From Candidatus Poribacteria bacterium (GTDB taxonomy: Bacteria > Poribacteria > WGA-4E > WGA-3G), in the NCBI GenBank assembly GCA_965242965.1, contig OZ251518.1, positions 4,544,001 through 4,608,000 of the forward strand: a stretch of 64,000 nucleotides of DNA, read 5' to 3'. Positions 28,260-39,244 of this stretch are shown here, piece after piece; the stretch's first letter is position 1; the number at the start of each line of letters is the position of its first letter. The notes under the pieces are model-generated. The model made no database searches and was not told where the DNA came from. It worked only from the letters and a program-made list of their open reading frames with translations. A program made the translations under genes and the position numbers.

Positions 28260-31259
28260 TTGGAAACGACTCAAACGCCAACCGTTGATTTGCGTCCCGG
28301 CCAACAGCTGCACGGGTTCAACGTGAAAGCCGTCACCCCGATTGATGAACTTCGCGCCGTGAAGATCGAACTGGCGCACCCGCATAGCGGCGCACGGCTG
28401 CTGCATCTCTATACACACGACACGGAGAACCTCTTTTCCATCAATTTTCCGACACCGCCGCCCGACGATACCGGGCTGCCGCACATTCTTGAACACGCGG
28501 TGCTTGCCGGTTCACAGAGATATCCGGTAAAGGAACCGTTCTTTGAGATGATTAAGATGAGCATGGCGACGTTCATCAACGCCATGACGAGCGCAGACCA
28601 CACTTACTATCCGGTCGCGAGCAACGTCAAGAAGGACCTCTTCAATCTCGCCGAGGTCTACTTTGACGCGGTGTTTCACCCGCTCCTCACCGAGGATACC
28701 TTCCGGCGCGAGGGACATCACCTGGCACCCGCGAACCCGGAAGAGCCGACCGGGGATTTGAAAATCACCGGCATCGTCTATAACGAAATGAAGGGGGTCT
28801 TCTCAGACCCCGAGTCGCGGTTGTATCGTGCAATGACGAGCCGACTGATGCCGGATACAGTCTACGCGCGGGAATCTGGCGGCGACCCGGGCGCGATTCC
28901 TGAATTAACTTACGCGCAACTCAAGGCGTTTCATCAAACCTATTATCATCCGAGCAACAGCTACTTCGTTCTCTACGGCGACATTCCGACAAGTGACTAT
29001 CTCGCCTTCCTCGCCGATAAGTTGGATAACATTCCGCAAAATGGGGGAGGTTCGGCACTCCGGCCACTCCGGCCCGAAGTCACGCACCAACCGAAATGGA
29101 CATCACCACGGACGGTGATAGATACCTACCCTGTCGGCGCGGACGAGCCGCTCACCGAAAAGACGTATCTGATGCTGAGTTGGCTCATGGGAGATGCGAC
29201 AGACCCGGGGGATGTTGTCTTGTGCCGCATTTTAAGCCTGATTCTGCTCGGCAATGAAGGCGCGCCGCTCCGAAAGGCGATTATCGACTCCAAACTCGGC
29301 GCAGATCTGATTTATTCGGGTGCCAGCTCCATCGGCCCCGCCAGCACCTTTTACGTTGGGCTCAAAGGCAGCGAGGTGGCACGCACCGAGGCGTTTACGG
29401 AATTGGTGATGAAAACGCTTACCGAGATTGCCAATACCGAAATTGACAGCGCGAGGGTGGAATCGGCGTTTCAGCAAGCGACGTATCACTATCAGGAAGT
29501 CGCGTCAATGTTTCCGCTTCGGATGCTCTACCGCGTCATTGAAGCGTGGATTTATGAAAAAGACTCGGCTACCTTCCTGAAGATGGGAGAAAGTCTCGCC
29601 GATGTCCAGCAGCAATGGCAGAAGAATCCGGCGATTTTCAATGAACTGATTCGCGAGCGACTGATTGACAATCCTCACCGTTTGCTGAGTGTGCTATCAC
29701 CTGATGCCGAGATGCAGGCGAAGATGGACGCTGAGTCGGCGGAACGGACGAAGGGTATCCGTTCGCAATTGACAGACGCACAGGTTACCCAGATTGCCGC
29801 CGATGCCGCCGAATTGGAACGCCTCAATGGACAGCCCAACTCACCGGATGCACTGGCAAAACTGCCGCAGTTGCAAGTCAGCGATTTACCTGAAAAGCCG
29901 CGGCATATCCCGACACTCGTAGAGGAAGTTCACGGGCGCGTCCTGCTCCGAAACGATGTCTTTGCCAACGGCGTGAATTACCTCGTCCTCAACTTTGATT
30001 TAGCAGGATTCCCATCGCATCTCTGGCAATATCTGCCTCGGTATGTCGAGGCGATTGGCAAACTCGGTGCCGCCGATATGAACTACGAGCAGATGGCTCA
30101 GCGAAGAGCGGCAGTTACCGGTGGGATTGGTTGCGCGCCCGGCTTCGGCACGCACGCGCTAGATAAGAGTCGTTCGTTGCAGAATCTGCGCTTTCAGTTG
30201 AAGGCTCTTGATAGTAAGATGGATGCCGCGCTGGATGTGCTGCACGCTCTGGTTTTTTCGGTGAACCCGCGCGATACCGAAAGGCTTCGCGATGTGCTCA
30301 CGCAATCCGTGGCGGAATATCGCACCGAGATGATTCACGACGGCTCAAACACCGCTATTCATCACGCCGCGCGCGGGCTCTCACCGGAAGCGCATCTCGC
30401 GGAAATCGTCTGCGGACTGCCGCAGCTGCGCGGGAGTGAGAAACTGCTCAGCGATTTTGATGAACTTAACGCCGAACTGATGCGTCATATTGAACAGATT
30501 CGCGATTTCTTGTTAGTGCCGGGACGGGTGACTGCCAGTTTCACCGGTTCCGATGCGGCTTTCAATGCGACACGGACGCGTCTCGGCGAGTGGCTCAACG
30601 CGATGAAAGATGAAACGATCCCTACCGAGGCTGTTGCATTTCAGCCGTTTGCCACGCCGCCGCGCGAAGGACTCGCCGGTCCGATTCAAATTGCGCATTG
30701 TGCACATGTGATCCCGGCACCGCACTATTCGCACCCAGATTCAACGCTGCTCAGCATCGGTGCGCACCTCATTCGGTTGGACTATATCATGAGTGAAATC
30801 CGCTTTAAGGGCAACGCGTATGGCGCGTGGTTTACCTACAGTCCGCTTGAAGCGCATCTGTATCAGGCTTCCTACCGCGACCCGCACGTGGCACGCACCC
30901 TCAACGTTTTTGCGGAAACTGTTGACTACGTCAAACAAGTAGAGTGGACGCAGACAGATATTGACAGGGCAATCATCGCCACGGCGAAGAACGGCGAGAA
31001 ACCGATTCGTCCGAGTAGTGCGGCGAGCCGCGCGCTCAGTCAACATCTCACCGGGCAGACGCGCGAGATGCGGGAGGCACGTTACGCTGAACTCCGCCGC
31101 GCAACCCCAGCGGCAGTGAAACGCGCCCTCTTGCAAGTGTTAGAAGAAAACCGCGATAACGCAGCGGTGTGCGTTGTGTCAAGCCGTGAGAAACTTGAGG
31201 CGGCGAATCAAGAATTGGCGGCACCTCTCGCTATTGAGGATATCCTTGCATCAGCGTAA
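28260..31259 (+). CDS. M16C (presequence protease/insulinase family) metallopeptidase
   Basis: HILEH inverted zinc motif, KEPFF, FINAMT, GIVYNEMKG, IR.KG.AYG; TTG start. Confidence 0.92.
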   Translation: METTQTPTVDLRPGQQLHGFNVKAVTPIDELRAVKIELAHPHSGARLLHLYTHDTENLFSINFPTPPPDDTGLPHILEHAVLAGSQRYPVKEPFFEMIKMSMATFINAMTSADHTYYPVASNVKKDLFNLAEVYFDAVFHPLLTEDTFRREGHHLAPANPEEPTGDLKITGIVYNEMKGVFSDPESRLYRAMTSRLMPDTVYARESGGDPGAIPELTYAQLKAFHQTYYHPSNSYFVLYGDIPTSDYLAFLADKLDNIPQNGGGSALRPLRPEVTHQPKWTSPRTVIDTYPVGADEPLTEKTYLMLSWLMGDATDPGDVVLCRILSLILLGNEGAPLRKAIIDSKLGADLIYSGASSIGPASTFYVGLKGSEVARTEAFTELVMKTLTEIANTEIDSARVESAFQQATYHYQEVASMFPLRMLYRVIEAWIYEKDSATFLKMGESLADVQQQWQKNPAIFNELIRERLIDNPHRLLSVLSPDAEMQAKMDAESAERTKGIRSQLTDAQVTQIAADAAELERLNGQPNSPDALAKLPQLQVSDLPEKPRHIPTLVEEVHGRVLLRNDVFANGVNYLVLNFDLAGFPSHLWQYLPRYVEAIGKLGAADMNYEQMAQRRAAVTGGIGCAPGFGTHALDKSRSLQNLRFQLKALDSKMDAALDVLHALVFSVNPRDTERLRDVLTQSVAEYRTEMIHDGSNTAIHHAARGLSPEAHLAEIVCGLPQLRGSEKLLSDFDELNAELMRHIEQIRDFLLVPGRVTASFTGSDAAFNATRTRLGEWLNAMKDETIPTEAVAFQPFATPPREGLAGPIQIAHCAHVIPAPHYSHPDSTLLSIGAHLIRLDYIMSEIRFKGNAYGAWFTYSPLEAHLYQASYRDPHVARTLNVFAETVDYVKQVEWTQTDIDRAIIATAKNGEKPIRPSSAASRALSQHLTGQTREMREARYAELRRATPAAVKRALLQVLEENRDNAAVCVVSSREKLEAANQELAAPLAIEDILASA

Positions 31260-31410
31260 TTAGAATGGTGGATTTCTATACCTGTCTTTCAAACGAACGA
31301 TTAGGCAAACGAACGATTAGGACGAACGCAGCACGAATCCTATAGGCGCGCTTTGAAAGCGCGCCTTCCGGTGGAGAGTTATGGTATCTGCGTCCGTCCA
31401 TAATATAAAA

Positions 31411-31680
31411 TGAGGGTGTTTCATAAATCGTTTTCCCCGGTAGGAGAGACCTCCCGGTCTCGATGCATCGCGCATGCGAGAAACCGTAGTTCGGGAGCAC
31501 CTGCTCCCGAACAGGTCAAGATCAGGCGATCTTGACCTACAGAGGAAGGCGGCTCGGTCACCGTAGGGCGAGGGCCTGTCCCTCGCCATCGTTCGCACAC
31601 CCCAACGATCGCGGGGGACAGGCCCCCGCGCTACTGTGAAAAAAACGGCCCTTTGTTGAGAGATTTATGAGACACCCTCA
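31411..31680. mobile_element. MITE-like element copy A (TGAGGGTGTTTCATAA ends) carrying REP palindromes
   Basis: Inverted ends; flanking direct repeat ATATAAAA. Confidence 0.8.
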
Positions 31681-31702
31681 ATATAAAATGGGAGAGATAA
31701 TC

Positions 31703-33049
31703 ATGAGAAACATTGCGTTTTTAACCCTCTGTGTTTGCGCTTTGACGGTGATGGCAGCGAGCGCGTCACAGCCGGTAGATTATGAAAAGAATTGGCATCA
31801 GTGGCGCGGGCCACATGCAACCGGTGCCGCCGCCAGCGACGCGAATCCGCCACTGACTTGGAGTGAAACCGAGAACGTCCGTTGGAAAATCGCCATCCCC
31901 GGCATGGGGCACGCCACGCCGATTGTATGGGAAGAGAAAATCTTCGTCCAAACCGCTATCCAGGGCGATGAGCAGAAAGTGGAAGAACCGGATGACGACA
32001 ATCCGTTCAGCGGCTTTTTCCGGCAAAGAGACAGCGGTCCTACGAATACGTATCAGTTCGCGCTCCTCGCTATTAACCGAAGCGATGGTAGCATCTTATG
32101 GCAGAAAACGTTGCGCGAGGAAGTCCCGCATGAAGGCACGCACCAAGATGCCAGTTTCGCCTCCAACTCGCCGGTTACCGACGGTGAGTATGTCTACGCC
32201 TATTTCGGCTCGCGCGGGCTTTACTGCGTGGATATGGATGGCAACGTCAAGTGGGAGAAGGACATCGGTGAGATGCGGAAATCCAACGCCTTCGGCGAAG
32301 GCAGCTGCCCTGTCCTCTATGGGAATACCCTCATTATTGTCCAAGACCACGAGGGCCCCACGCCTTCCTTCATCATCGCGCTGGATAAGCGGAACGGCGA
32401 CGTGCTGTGGAAAACCGAACGCGATGAACGCACCACGTGGACAACGCCGGTCGTTGTTGAACAGGATGGGAAACCGCAGGTAATCGTTCCCGCAACGAAC
32501 CGCACGCGGAGTTATGATTTGGCAACCGGCAAACTTTTGTGGGAATGTGGTGGGTTAACCCGCAACGTTATTCCCACGCCTGTTGCCGATGACGGGTTCG
32601 TCTATGTCACTAGTGGCTTCCGCGGGAATTCGCTGCAGGCGATACGCCTTGATGTCGCCAAAGACGATATTACCGATTCTGAGGCTATTGTGTGGCAGCA
32701 CAACCGGAATACCCCTTATGTGCCATCGCCGCTCCTGTATCAGGACGCGCTCTATTTCTTAAAAAGCAACGATGGCATCCTCTCCGCCTTCAATATTAAA
32801 ACAGGAGAGGCCAACTATGGTCCTGAGCGATTACAAGGCATTAGCAATGTCTATTCGTCTATCGTCGGTGCGGCGGGGCGCGTCTATATCGCCAGCCGAA
32901 ACGGCACCGTGTTAGTTGTCAAACATTCGCCAACCTTCCAGATCTTGGCGACGAACAAACTAGACGATAGTTTTAATGCTTCGCCGGTGATTGTCGGTTC
33001 GGAGTTATACTTGCGCGGGCAGGCGTATCTCTACTGCATCGCGGAATAA
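31703..33049 (+). CDS. PQQ-binding-like beta-propeller protein
   Basis: Signal peptide, WHQWRGP, SPVTDG, PYVPSP, ASPV. Confidence 0.85.
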   Translation: MRNIAFLTLCVCALTVMAASASQPVDYEKNWHQWRGPHATGAAASDANPPLTWSETENVRWKIAIPGMGHATPIVWEEKIFVQTAIQGDEQKVEEPDDDNPFSGFFRQRDSGPTNTYQFALLAINRSDGSILWQKTLREEVPHEGTHQDASFASNSPVTDGEYVYAYFGSRGLYCVDMDGNVKWEKDIGEMRKSNAFGEGSCPVLYGNTLIIVQDHEGPTPSFIIALDKRNGDVLWKTERDERTTWTTPVVVEQDGKPQVIVPATNRTRSYDLATGKLLWECGGLTRNVIPTPVADDGFVYVTSGFRGNSLQAIRLDVAKDDITDSEAIVWQHNRNTPYVPSPLLYQDALYFLKSNDGILSAFNIKTGEANYGPERLQGISNVYSSIVGAAGRVYIASRNGTVLVVKHSPTFQILATNKLDDSFNASPVIVGSELYLRGQAYLYCIAE

Positions 33050-33264
33050 TCTCGCGGCCTGTAGGGCGAGGGCCTATCCCTCGCCTTATTCGTTAGGACG
33101 AATGTCCGTTTTTCTTCCTATGAAAAAATGTTGGGAGATTGGGCGAATTAATTTGATTTTTAACGCTATGTTATGGTAAAATTAACATGTCATGACTGGA
33201 AACGATAGTTTTGTTTCCGCATGCAAATGCATTAAACTAACTATTTCCTAGAGAGGATAAACAA

Positions 33265-33462
33265 ATGGAACTGAAACAAGATAAGGAACGCCTTGAAGAG
33301 ATTCAGGAGTTCTATCGCACGATGGAGGAGGAGGCTGAACCGTACCGCGAGTATTTCGCGGCTCTGGCAACTTTGCCGCCAGAACCGCCTCCGCCTGTAA
33401 CTTTCATCGAGATTGGGAACACGTCGGTTCCCCGTGGAGAATCTACGAATGCCAGACTCTAG
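33265..33462 (+). CDS. Small hypothetical protein
   Basis: GAGG RBS and AT-rich promoter-like upstream region; no recognised domain. Confidence 0.45.
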   Translation: MELKQDKERLEEIQEFYRTMEEEAEPYREYFAALATLPPEPPPPVTFIEIGNTSVPRGESTNARL

Positions 33463-33467
33463 TTAAC

Positions 33468-34442
33468 CGAAGGTGTTTCATAAATCGTCCAACGTCGCGG
33501 TGACAGCCCCGCGCTACGGTAACAACTAAGAAATCGCCGCATGGCACGTAGGGCGAGGGCCTGTCCCTCGCCGTGCCCCGGTCTGAGCAGCAAACAGCCG
33601 GGGTCTCCGGGCTGCGGGCGTTTTCCGCACAGGGTGAGAGATCGCGGGGGACAGGCCCCCGCGCTACGGTAATACCTAAGAAATCGGCCCCGTTCACCGT
33701 AGGGCGAGGGCCCTCGGATGCCATACGCGCATCCGAGCGGGTTTCCCGCGCCATACCTAAGGTCTGTAAGACCTTAATGTCTATAGCATCCTGCACCACA
33801 GAGCACCCTAAGGTCTGTAGGACCTTAATGTGCCACTGCTCCCCTCGCTGCCGCTGGATGAAGGACCTAGCGGACCTTGAAAACAGTGGCATGTCTGTTT
33901 TTCTATAGACATGTAGGTCCTAAAGGACCTAAAGAGGCCTCCTTGGCCTCACGAAGGCTTTCGGTATGGAAGCCGCCCTCATCTTGTGAATCCTGTTTCA
34001 GACAGTTAACATCGCGGGGGACAGGCCCCCGCGCTACGGTAAGAAAGCTGATTTGCCTCGCCAAGAGGTCCTAATCTTGGAAATCTTGGAAATCTTGGAA
34101 ATCCTGCTTCAGACGATTAAGATCGCGAGGGACAGATAATTTATCTCGTCTCTGTAGTTCATGATCGCCTGAACTACAGAGCCTGGCGAGCGAGCGATGG
34201 CGAGGGACAGGCCCTCGCCCTACGGTGAGGGGGGGCTTTTCTCCGTCCGTAGCGCGGGTGCCTGTCCCCCGCGATTGTTGGAGTGCGCGTGCACGCACGA
34301 TGGCGAGGGACAGGTTTTCCCACCGCCCTACGATGAAATCGAGACCAGGAGGTCTCTCCTACCGGGACATCGCTTGCATCGAGACCGGGAGGTCTCTCCT
34401 ACCCAGAGGCCATCGAGACCGGAAGGTCTCTCCTACCGGGGG
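33468..34442. repeat. About 1 kb mosaic repeat cluster (one MITE-like end, GTAG REPs, AGGTCC/GGACCT palindromes, 9-bp tandem)
   Basis: Each module recurs elsewhere in the window (51213-51598, 59179-59635, 62280-62800). Confidence 0.85.
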
Positions 34443-34454
34443 AATTTGCTATGC

Positions 34455-35201
34455 TTAATACGTCGCCCTACCGCCACTCACATCGTAACACTGCCCCGTA
34501 ACAAAACTCGCCTCATCGGAAGCAAGGAAATTGACGACAGCAGCGACTTCCTCCGGTTTCCCAACGCGTCCCAACGGAATTTTGCTCACCATATAGTCGA
34601 CGGTTGACTGCGCCATGCCCGCCAAAATCGGTGTCTCAATCACCGCTGGCGATACGGCGTTGACGCGGATATTATAGTCTGTCACCTCCTTCGCCAATGC
34701 CTTCGTCAGACAGATGACACCGGCTTTGGAGACAGAATACGGGATGAGCGTCGGATTGCCTTCCTTGCCGGCAATTGAGGCGATATTCACGATGCGGCCG
34801 TAGTCCTGCGCAATCATCGTATCAATAACCGCCTTGCAGCAGAGAAAAACGCCGGTGAGATTGACTCCCATCACCGCGTCCCAATCTGTTTCCTCGAGTT
34901 CGGTTAACGGCAGCGTTCGCCCGGCAATCCCCGCGTTATTCACGAGAATGTCAACGCGCCCGAAGGTTGAAAGCACCTGCGCGACAGCGGCGTTCACCGC
35001 TGCAGCTTGCGAGACATCCGCTTGAAGAGGGAGTGCTTTGCGTCCAACGCCTTCAATCTCTCTCGCCGCTGCCTCGGCAGCCGATAGGTTGATGTCCATG
35101 ATGGCGACATCGGCACCGGCGTTAGCTAGCCTAAGCGCGATGGCTTTGCCGATGCCCTGTCCCGCGCCGGTTACAATGGCTATTCTATCGTTCAATTTCA
35201 T
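34455..35201 (-). CDS. SDR family oxidoreductase (FabG-like)
   Basis: TGAGQGIG, NNAG, YSVSK; start at MKLNDR behind an AAAGGAGG RBS. Confidence 0.92.
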   Translation of the reverse strand: MKLNDRIAIVTGAGQGIGKAIALRLANAGADVAIMDINLSAAEAAAREIEGVGRKALPLQADVSQAAAVNAAVAQVLSTFGRVDILVNNAGIAGRTLPLTELEETDWDAVMGVNLTGVFLCCKAVIDTMIAQDYGRIVNIASIAGKEGNPTLIPYSVSKAGVICLTKALAKEVTDYNIRVNAVSPAVIETPILAGMAQSTVDYMVSKIPLGRVGKPEEVAAVVNFLASDEASFVTGQCYDVSGGRATY

Positions 35202-35214
35202 CAGAATGCCTCCT

Positions 35215-36444
35215 TTACTCGCCGATGACGACACCGTATTCCCCGACGACCGCGCCTTTGTGGCCGCTCTGGTAGTGCATGTGTCTCTCGCCGATAATCG
35301 GTTGTGTGCTTTGCACCTCCACCGTGCCTCGCACATTGCCCATCGCGCCTTCGTCTATATCCTCGCAGCAGAGCGGCTTAATTTGGCGATGCAGCTGTCG
35401 CTGGATGTCGCCCTGTTTATTTCGGAGGATAATGTTCACAAACGCGTCCGCCTCGCCGACATTGAGGAAGCGGAACCAATCTCGTGCGCCTGCCGCAACT
35501 TCGGGGAAAAAGAGTCGTAGCCCAATGTGCCCGCCTTCCTTCGATGCTCCCGGCAAATCGACAATAGCCGTTCCGCTGTGCATGTGGCGTTCTGCCACAA
35601 TCGGCTGATCGCTGTTCACTTCTACGGAGCACTTCACCTTAATATCCTCCAGATCCGGATTCCACCACTTGAAAGGTTCTAACGGGGAGTGTGACTTGCT
35701 CCAGAACGACTGCGCGTTGTCGTCCTTACGTGCGATCATCTCCACGCGCGCCGGTTCATTGCCGACGTTGACGATGACCACCCAGTCGTCCCAAGCTGGG
35801 CCGACTTCGGGGAAAAAGAGGGTGCGCGGGGCATCCGCGATTACCTGTCCAAACTGTCCAACGCTGGTTTTTCCACCCTGATAGTGCAGATGCCGTTCGC
35901 CGACGATGGGCTGTGAACTTTGCATCTCAACGGTGCCGGTGACATTCCCCATCACACCTTCGTTGAGACTCCAGCAGCAGTGAGGACGGACGACATGGTG
36001 GCGTTGCCTCAGCACGTTCCCGTCTCTGTTTCGGACGATGATATTGACGTGTGCGTCCGCCTCGCCGACGTTCAAGACCCGGAACCAATCGTGCGCGCCG
36101 GATACCAATTCGGGAAAGAAGAGCCGCTGTCCGACCGTCTCATATTCCTCCGCCGCGCCGATGCAGTCAATGATGTTCGTTCCTTTGTGCATGTGGCGTT
36201 CCGCTACAATCGGCTGGTCCGCGCTAATTTGCATCGACGAATTGACTTTAATTTCCTCCACATTGGGTGTCCAGCACTCAAAAGAACCGATGGTTTTTTC
36301 GGCGGACCAGGTTGGGTTCCCGTTGCCCGCGTGCCGGGCTATCGCCGTGACGCGCGTCTCTTCTTGCCCGACGTTGACGACTTGGACCCAATCCTGCCAC
36401 TGCGGTCCCACTTCTGGAAAATAGAGGGTTGTTGCTCCTGCCAT
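35215..36444 (-). CDS. Hypothetical protein made of four ~100-aa beta-rich repeats
   Basis: Four units L(Y/F)FPE...DW....NVG...QPI(V/I)(A/G)ERH(M/L)H arranged ABAB. Confidence 0.75.
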   Translation of the reverse strand: MAGATTLYFPEVGPQWQDWVQVVNVGQEETRVTAIARHAGNGNPTWSAEKTIGSFECWTPNVEEIKVNSSMQISADQPIVAERHMHKGTNIIDCIGAAEEYETVGQRLFFPELVSGAHDWFRVLNVGEADAHVNIIVRNRDGNVLRQRHHVVRPHCCWSLNEGVMGNVTGTVEMQSSQPIVGERHLHYQGGKTSVGQFGQVIADAPRTLFFPEVGPAWDDWVVIVNVGNEPARVEMIARKDDNAQSFWSKSHSPLEPFKWWNPDLEDIKVKCSVEVNSDQPIVAERHMHSGTAIVDLPGASKEGGHIGLRLFFPEVAAGARDWFRFLNVGEADAFVNIILRNKQGDIQRQLHRQIKPLCCEDIDEGAMGNVRGTVEVQSTQPIIGERHMHYQSGHKGAVVGEYGVVIGE

Positions 36445-36583
36445 AATTTTCTCCTATAGACATGAAAGACTTTCATGTCTATTTTAACTTGATTTTATAT
36501 CGAATTTCCACTACAATCTCACCATAATCCACAGGGGAAACCCACAGGGGGAAACCCACAGCGAGGAACCCACAGGAGGAAAC

Positions 36584-36874
36584 ATGGTGGCAGTCAAAAA
36601 ACTTGCAGATGCTGAGATTCAGCAGAGACTGGAACAGGTGAACGGCTGGACGGTGCAAGATGGGAAATTGCACAAAGAATTCCAGTTTGACACCTTCGTC
36701 ACGGCGTTCGGTTTCATGACGCAGCTCGCCTTAATTGCCGAGTCGATGAACCATCATCCCGAATGGTTCAACGTCTACAATCGCGTTACCATCGATTTGA
36801 TGACGCACGACGCGGGCGGCATCAGCGAATTGGATTTTGAGTGGGCATCGCGCGCCGATGCATTGAGTAACTGA
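36584..36874 (+). CDS. phhB: Pterin-4-alpha-carbinolamine dehydratase
   Basis: [17 protein letters not shown] and THDAGG motifs. Confidence 0.93.
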   Translation: MVAVKKLADAEIQQRLEQVNGWTVQDGKLHKEFQFDTFVTAFGFMTQLALIAESMNHHPEWFNVYNRVTIDLMTHDAGGISELDFEWASRADALSN

Positions 36875-36953
36875 ACAATTTTTCGGTAGGCGCGCTTTGA
36901 AAGCGCGCCGCTGCTCTATAACTATAGAGCGCAACGATAGGGAGACGAATCTC

Positions 36954-38027
36954 ATGAGCGAAAAAACGTATCGTGCCGCGGCGATCGGACATACCGGTGC
37001 AGGCAACTTCGGGCACGGATTACACACCGTCTACAACAACTTGGACAACGTTGAATGTGTCGCTATCGCTGATCCGGATACGGCGGGCCGCGAAAAGGCG
37101 ATGGCGGATACCCGTGCCGCGCGCGGCTACGCCGATTATCGCGACATGTTGCAGAAAGAAGAACTTGACATCGTCAGCGTCTGTCCGCGCTGGGTGCCGG
37201 AGCATCTCGCGATGGTAACCGCCTGCTTGGAAGCGGGATGCAACGTCTACTGCGAAAAGCCGATGACGATGTCCCTCGCCGATGGCGACAAAATTGTGGA
37301 GACCGCGGCGGCTCGCGGACTCAAAGTCGCCGTGGCGCATCAAGCGGTTTACCTCCCAGCCACGCACGCTATCAAGCAGATGCTTGACGATGGCAAAATC
37401 GGCACCGTGCAAGCCATCTACGCCTCCGGCAAACAGGACCATCGTGGTGGCGGCGAGGATATGATTACCCTCGGAACGCACACGTTCAACATGATGCGTT
37501 TCTTTGTCGGCGATGTCGCATGGATGCAAGCCCACGTGACAATCAACGGCAAGGAAGTCGCGCACGGCGACGCACATAAACCTACCGAACCTGTCGGACC
37601 GGTTGCAGGCGATTGTGTCAACAGTTATTTCGCCTTCAAAAACGGTGTTTCCGGCTTCTTCTCTTCCAGACGTGACCAGGCGGGCACCGGACGTTACGGC
37701 ATGGAAATCGTCGGTAGCGAGGGCATCTTCTCCCTCCGTGGTGATGTCGCCAACCGCCTCATGGTTTATCCGTACCCGGTTTTGTTGCCATCAAATCCAG
37801 CGCAAGAGTGGCAGGCAATCGATCTGGACGACACCCCGTTCTCTCAAGGCAACGAATTCGCTGTTCGCGACTTGATTGATGCAATAGAGAACGACCGGAA
37901 GCCTATCTCTGCCGCCGAAGATGCTGTCGCCGCACTAGAGATGATTTTGGGGACATATCAATCCCAACTCACAGGCCGGCGCGTCTCCTTCCCTATGGCA
38001 ACCCGCGAACATCCGTTAAGCCGATAA
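36954..38027 (+). CDS. Gfo/Idh/MocA family oxidoreductase
   Basis: IGHTGAGNFGH, YCEKP, GTH; start at MSEK. Confidence 0.88.
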   Translation: MSEKTYRAAAIGHTGAGNFGHGLHTVYNNLDNVECVAIADPDTAGREKAMADTRAARGYADYRDMLQKEELDIVSVCPRWVPEHLAMVTACLEAGCNVYCEKPMTMSLADGDKIVETAAARGLKVAVAHQAVYLPATHAIKQMLDDGKIGTVQAIYASGKQDHRGGGEDMITLGTHTFNMMRFFVGDVAWMQAHVTINGKEVAHGDAHKPTEPVGPVAGDCVNSYFAFKNGVSGFFSSRRDQAGTGRYGMEIVGSEGIFSLRGDVANRLMVYPYPVLLPSNPAQEWQAIDLDDTPFSQGNEFAVRDLIDAIENDRKPISAAEDAVAALEMILGTYQSQLTGRRVSFPMATREHPLSR

Positions 38028-38738
38028 GATACGCGTTTTCCGAACGCCGTTTTCATAACGGATTTCGTAAGGACCGGCTGGCACATCCATCGCCCGGATA
38101 GCCAGCTCGCCGAACGTGATGAGCGGCTCCGAAAGCAGGAGCAGCTCATCCAGCGATTCCTGCGGAGTCTTATCTGTCGTGTCCAAAACGATCTTGCGGC
38201 CCTTTTGCGCAAACAGCGACTTGTCAATCTCCTCATCAAACAAGCGGTTGAGTTCTGGAATATCCGCCGCCTTGATGATCTGATACTCGTGCGGAGCTGC
38301 TGTCATCCGTTCCTGAATCGCCGCATCGCTGGCGGTGACGTGAATCAGCACCACATCTGGCAACCGCGCTTCAATGACTTGGGTTTCATAGCCGCGCTGC
38401 GCATTGTAGTGGTAGTTCCCGTAATAGGGACTCTCCGCATCATCGCCGTAGAGGGTGGTGTAGACAGCCTCCTCGATGTGCCACCCTGCGATGAGCGTGT
38501 TCGGATAGTTCTTAATCACCTCAACGTGATATTGGAGTTGCATCCGTTGCATCCGCTCCTTCACGTCGTCTGGGAAGTTCACATAAGCCGCCCTGGATTC
38601 TGGGCTGAGCGTTGCATCGGGGATAGTAAAATGGTCATCGACGTGCACCGCCAGTTTCCGGTGGCGATAATAGGCTGTCAACAAGTCGATCAGCGTCGAT
38701 TTTCCTGCGTATTCTATGCCGACAAAAATGCATCTCAT
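38016..38738 (-). CDS. P-loop nucleotide kinase-like protein
   Basis: N-terminal GIEYAGKST and C-terminal LDTT, resembling NMP/thymidylate kinase folds. Confidence 0.6.
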   Translation of the reverse strand: MRCIFVGIEYAGKSTLIDLLTAYYRHRKLAVHVDDHFTIPDATLSPESRAAYVNFPDDVKERMQRMQLQYHVEVIKNYPNTLIAGWHIEEAVYTTLYGDDAESPYYGNYHYNAQRGYETQVIEARLPDVVLIHVTASDAAIQERMTAAPHEYQIIKAADIPELNRLFDEEIDKSLFAQKGRKIVLDTTDKTPQESLDELLLLSEPLITFGELAIRAMDVPAGPYEIRYENGVRKTRILSA

Positions 38739-38818
38739 GAGAAGTTACCTCGTTTGATGGATGTGTTGTTACACTATTTAGCATGGATTGGGGAAAATGT
38801 CAAGCATTTGTTTTGGAC

Positions 38819-38847
38819 TTGACAATTGCATTATTATCGGGTATAAT
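38819..38847 (+). promoter_or_regulatory. Consensus sigma70 promoter of the antitoxin gene
   Basis: TTGACA-17bp-TATAAT; identical copy at 59132-59160 (-). Confidence 0.85.
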
Positions 38848-38875
38848 AATTTTAGTCCAATACAAGGAGTTACAC

Positions 38876-39229
38876 ATGACACAGATTCAAACCGCGGCGA
38901 TTTACGATGCGGAAGATGAACTCACCTATACCGCCTGCATCCAACGCAATGGTACCGGATGGACCGGGTGGATTCAAGAACATCCGAAAGTGAAGGGCGA
39001 GGGAGAAACGAAGGCGGCACTGCTGGAAACCCTCGAAAAAACGCTTTATGACACCTTGGAGGCAGACTGGGAGGCATGGGATAAACAAATTGCGGAAGAC
39101 GAGAAAGCCGGGAGGCTAGACTGGCTCATCGAAAAAACGAGTGCGGATTTTCGGGCGGGCCGGTGCATGGACTTGGACGAATTTCTCGAACTGGTAAAGC
39201 AACAGTCTCACGTGCTTGAGACCCCTTAA
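38876..39229 (+). CDS. Antitoxin-like protein (HicB-like N-terminus plus WD.QI..D..AGRLD tail)
   Basis: Near-identical to 58203-58532 and 58801-59103; AAGGAG RBS. Confidence 0.7.
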   Translation: MTQIQTAAIYDAEDELTYTACIQRNGTGWTGWIQEHPKVKGEGETKAALLETLEKTLYDTLEADWEAWDKQIAEDEKAGRLDWLIEKTSADFRAGRCMDLDEFLELVKQQSHVLETP

Positions 39230-39244
39230 AGACTCTCCAGGCAT

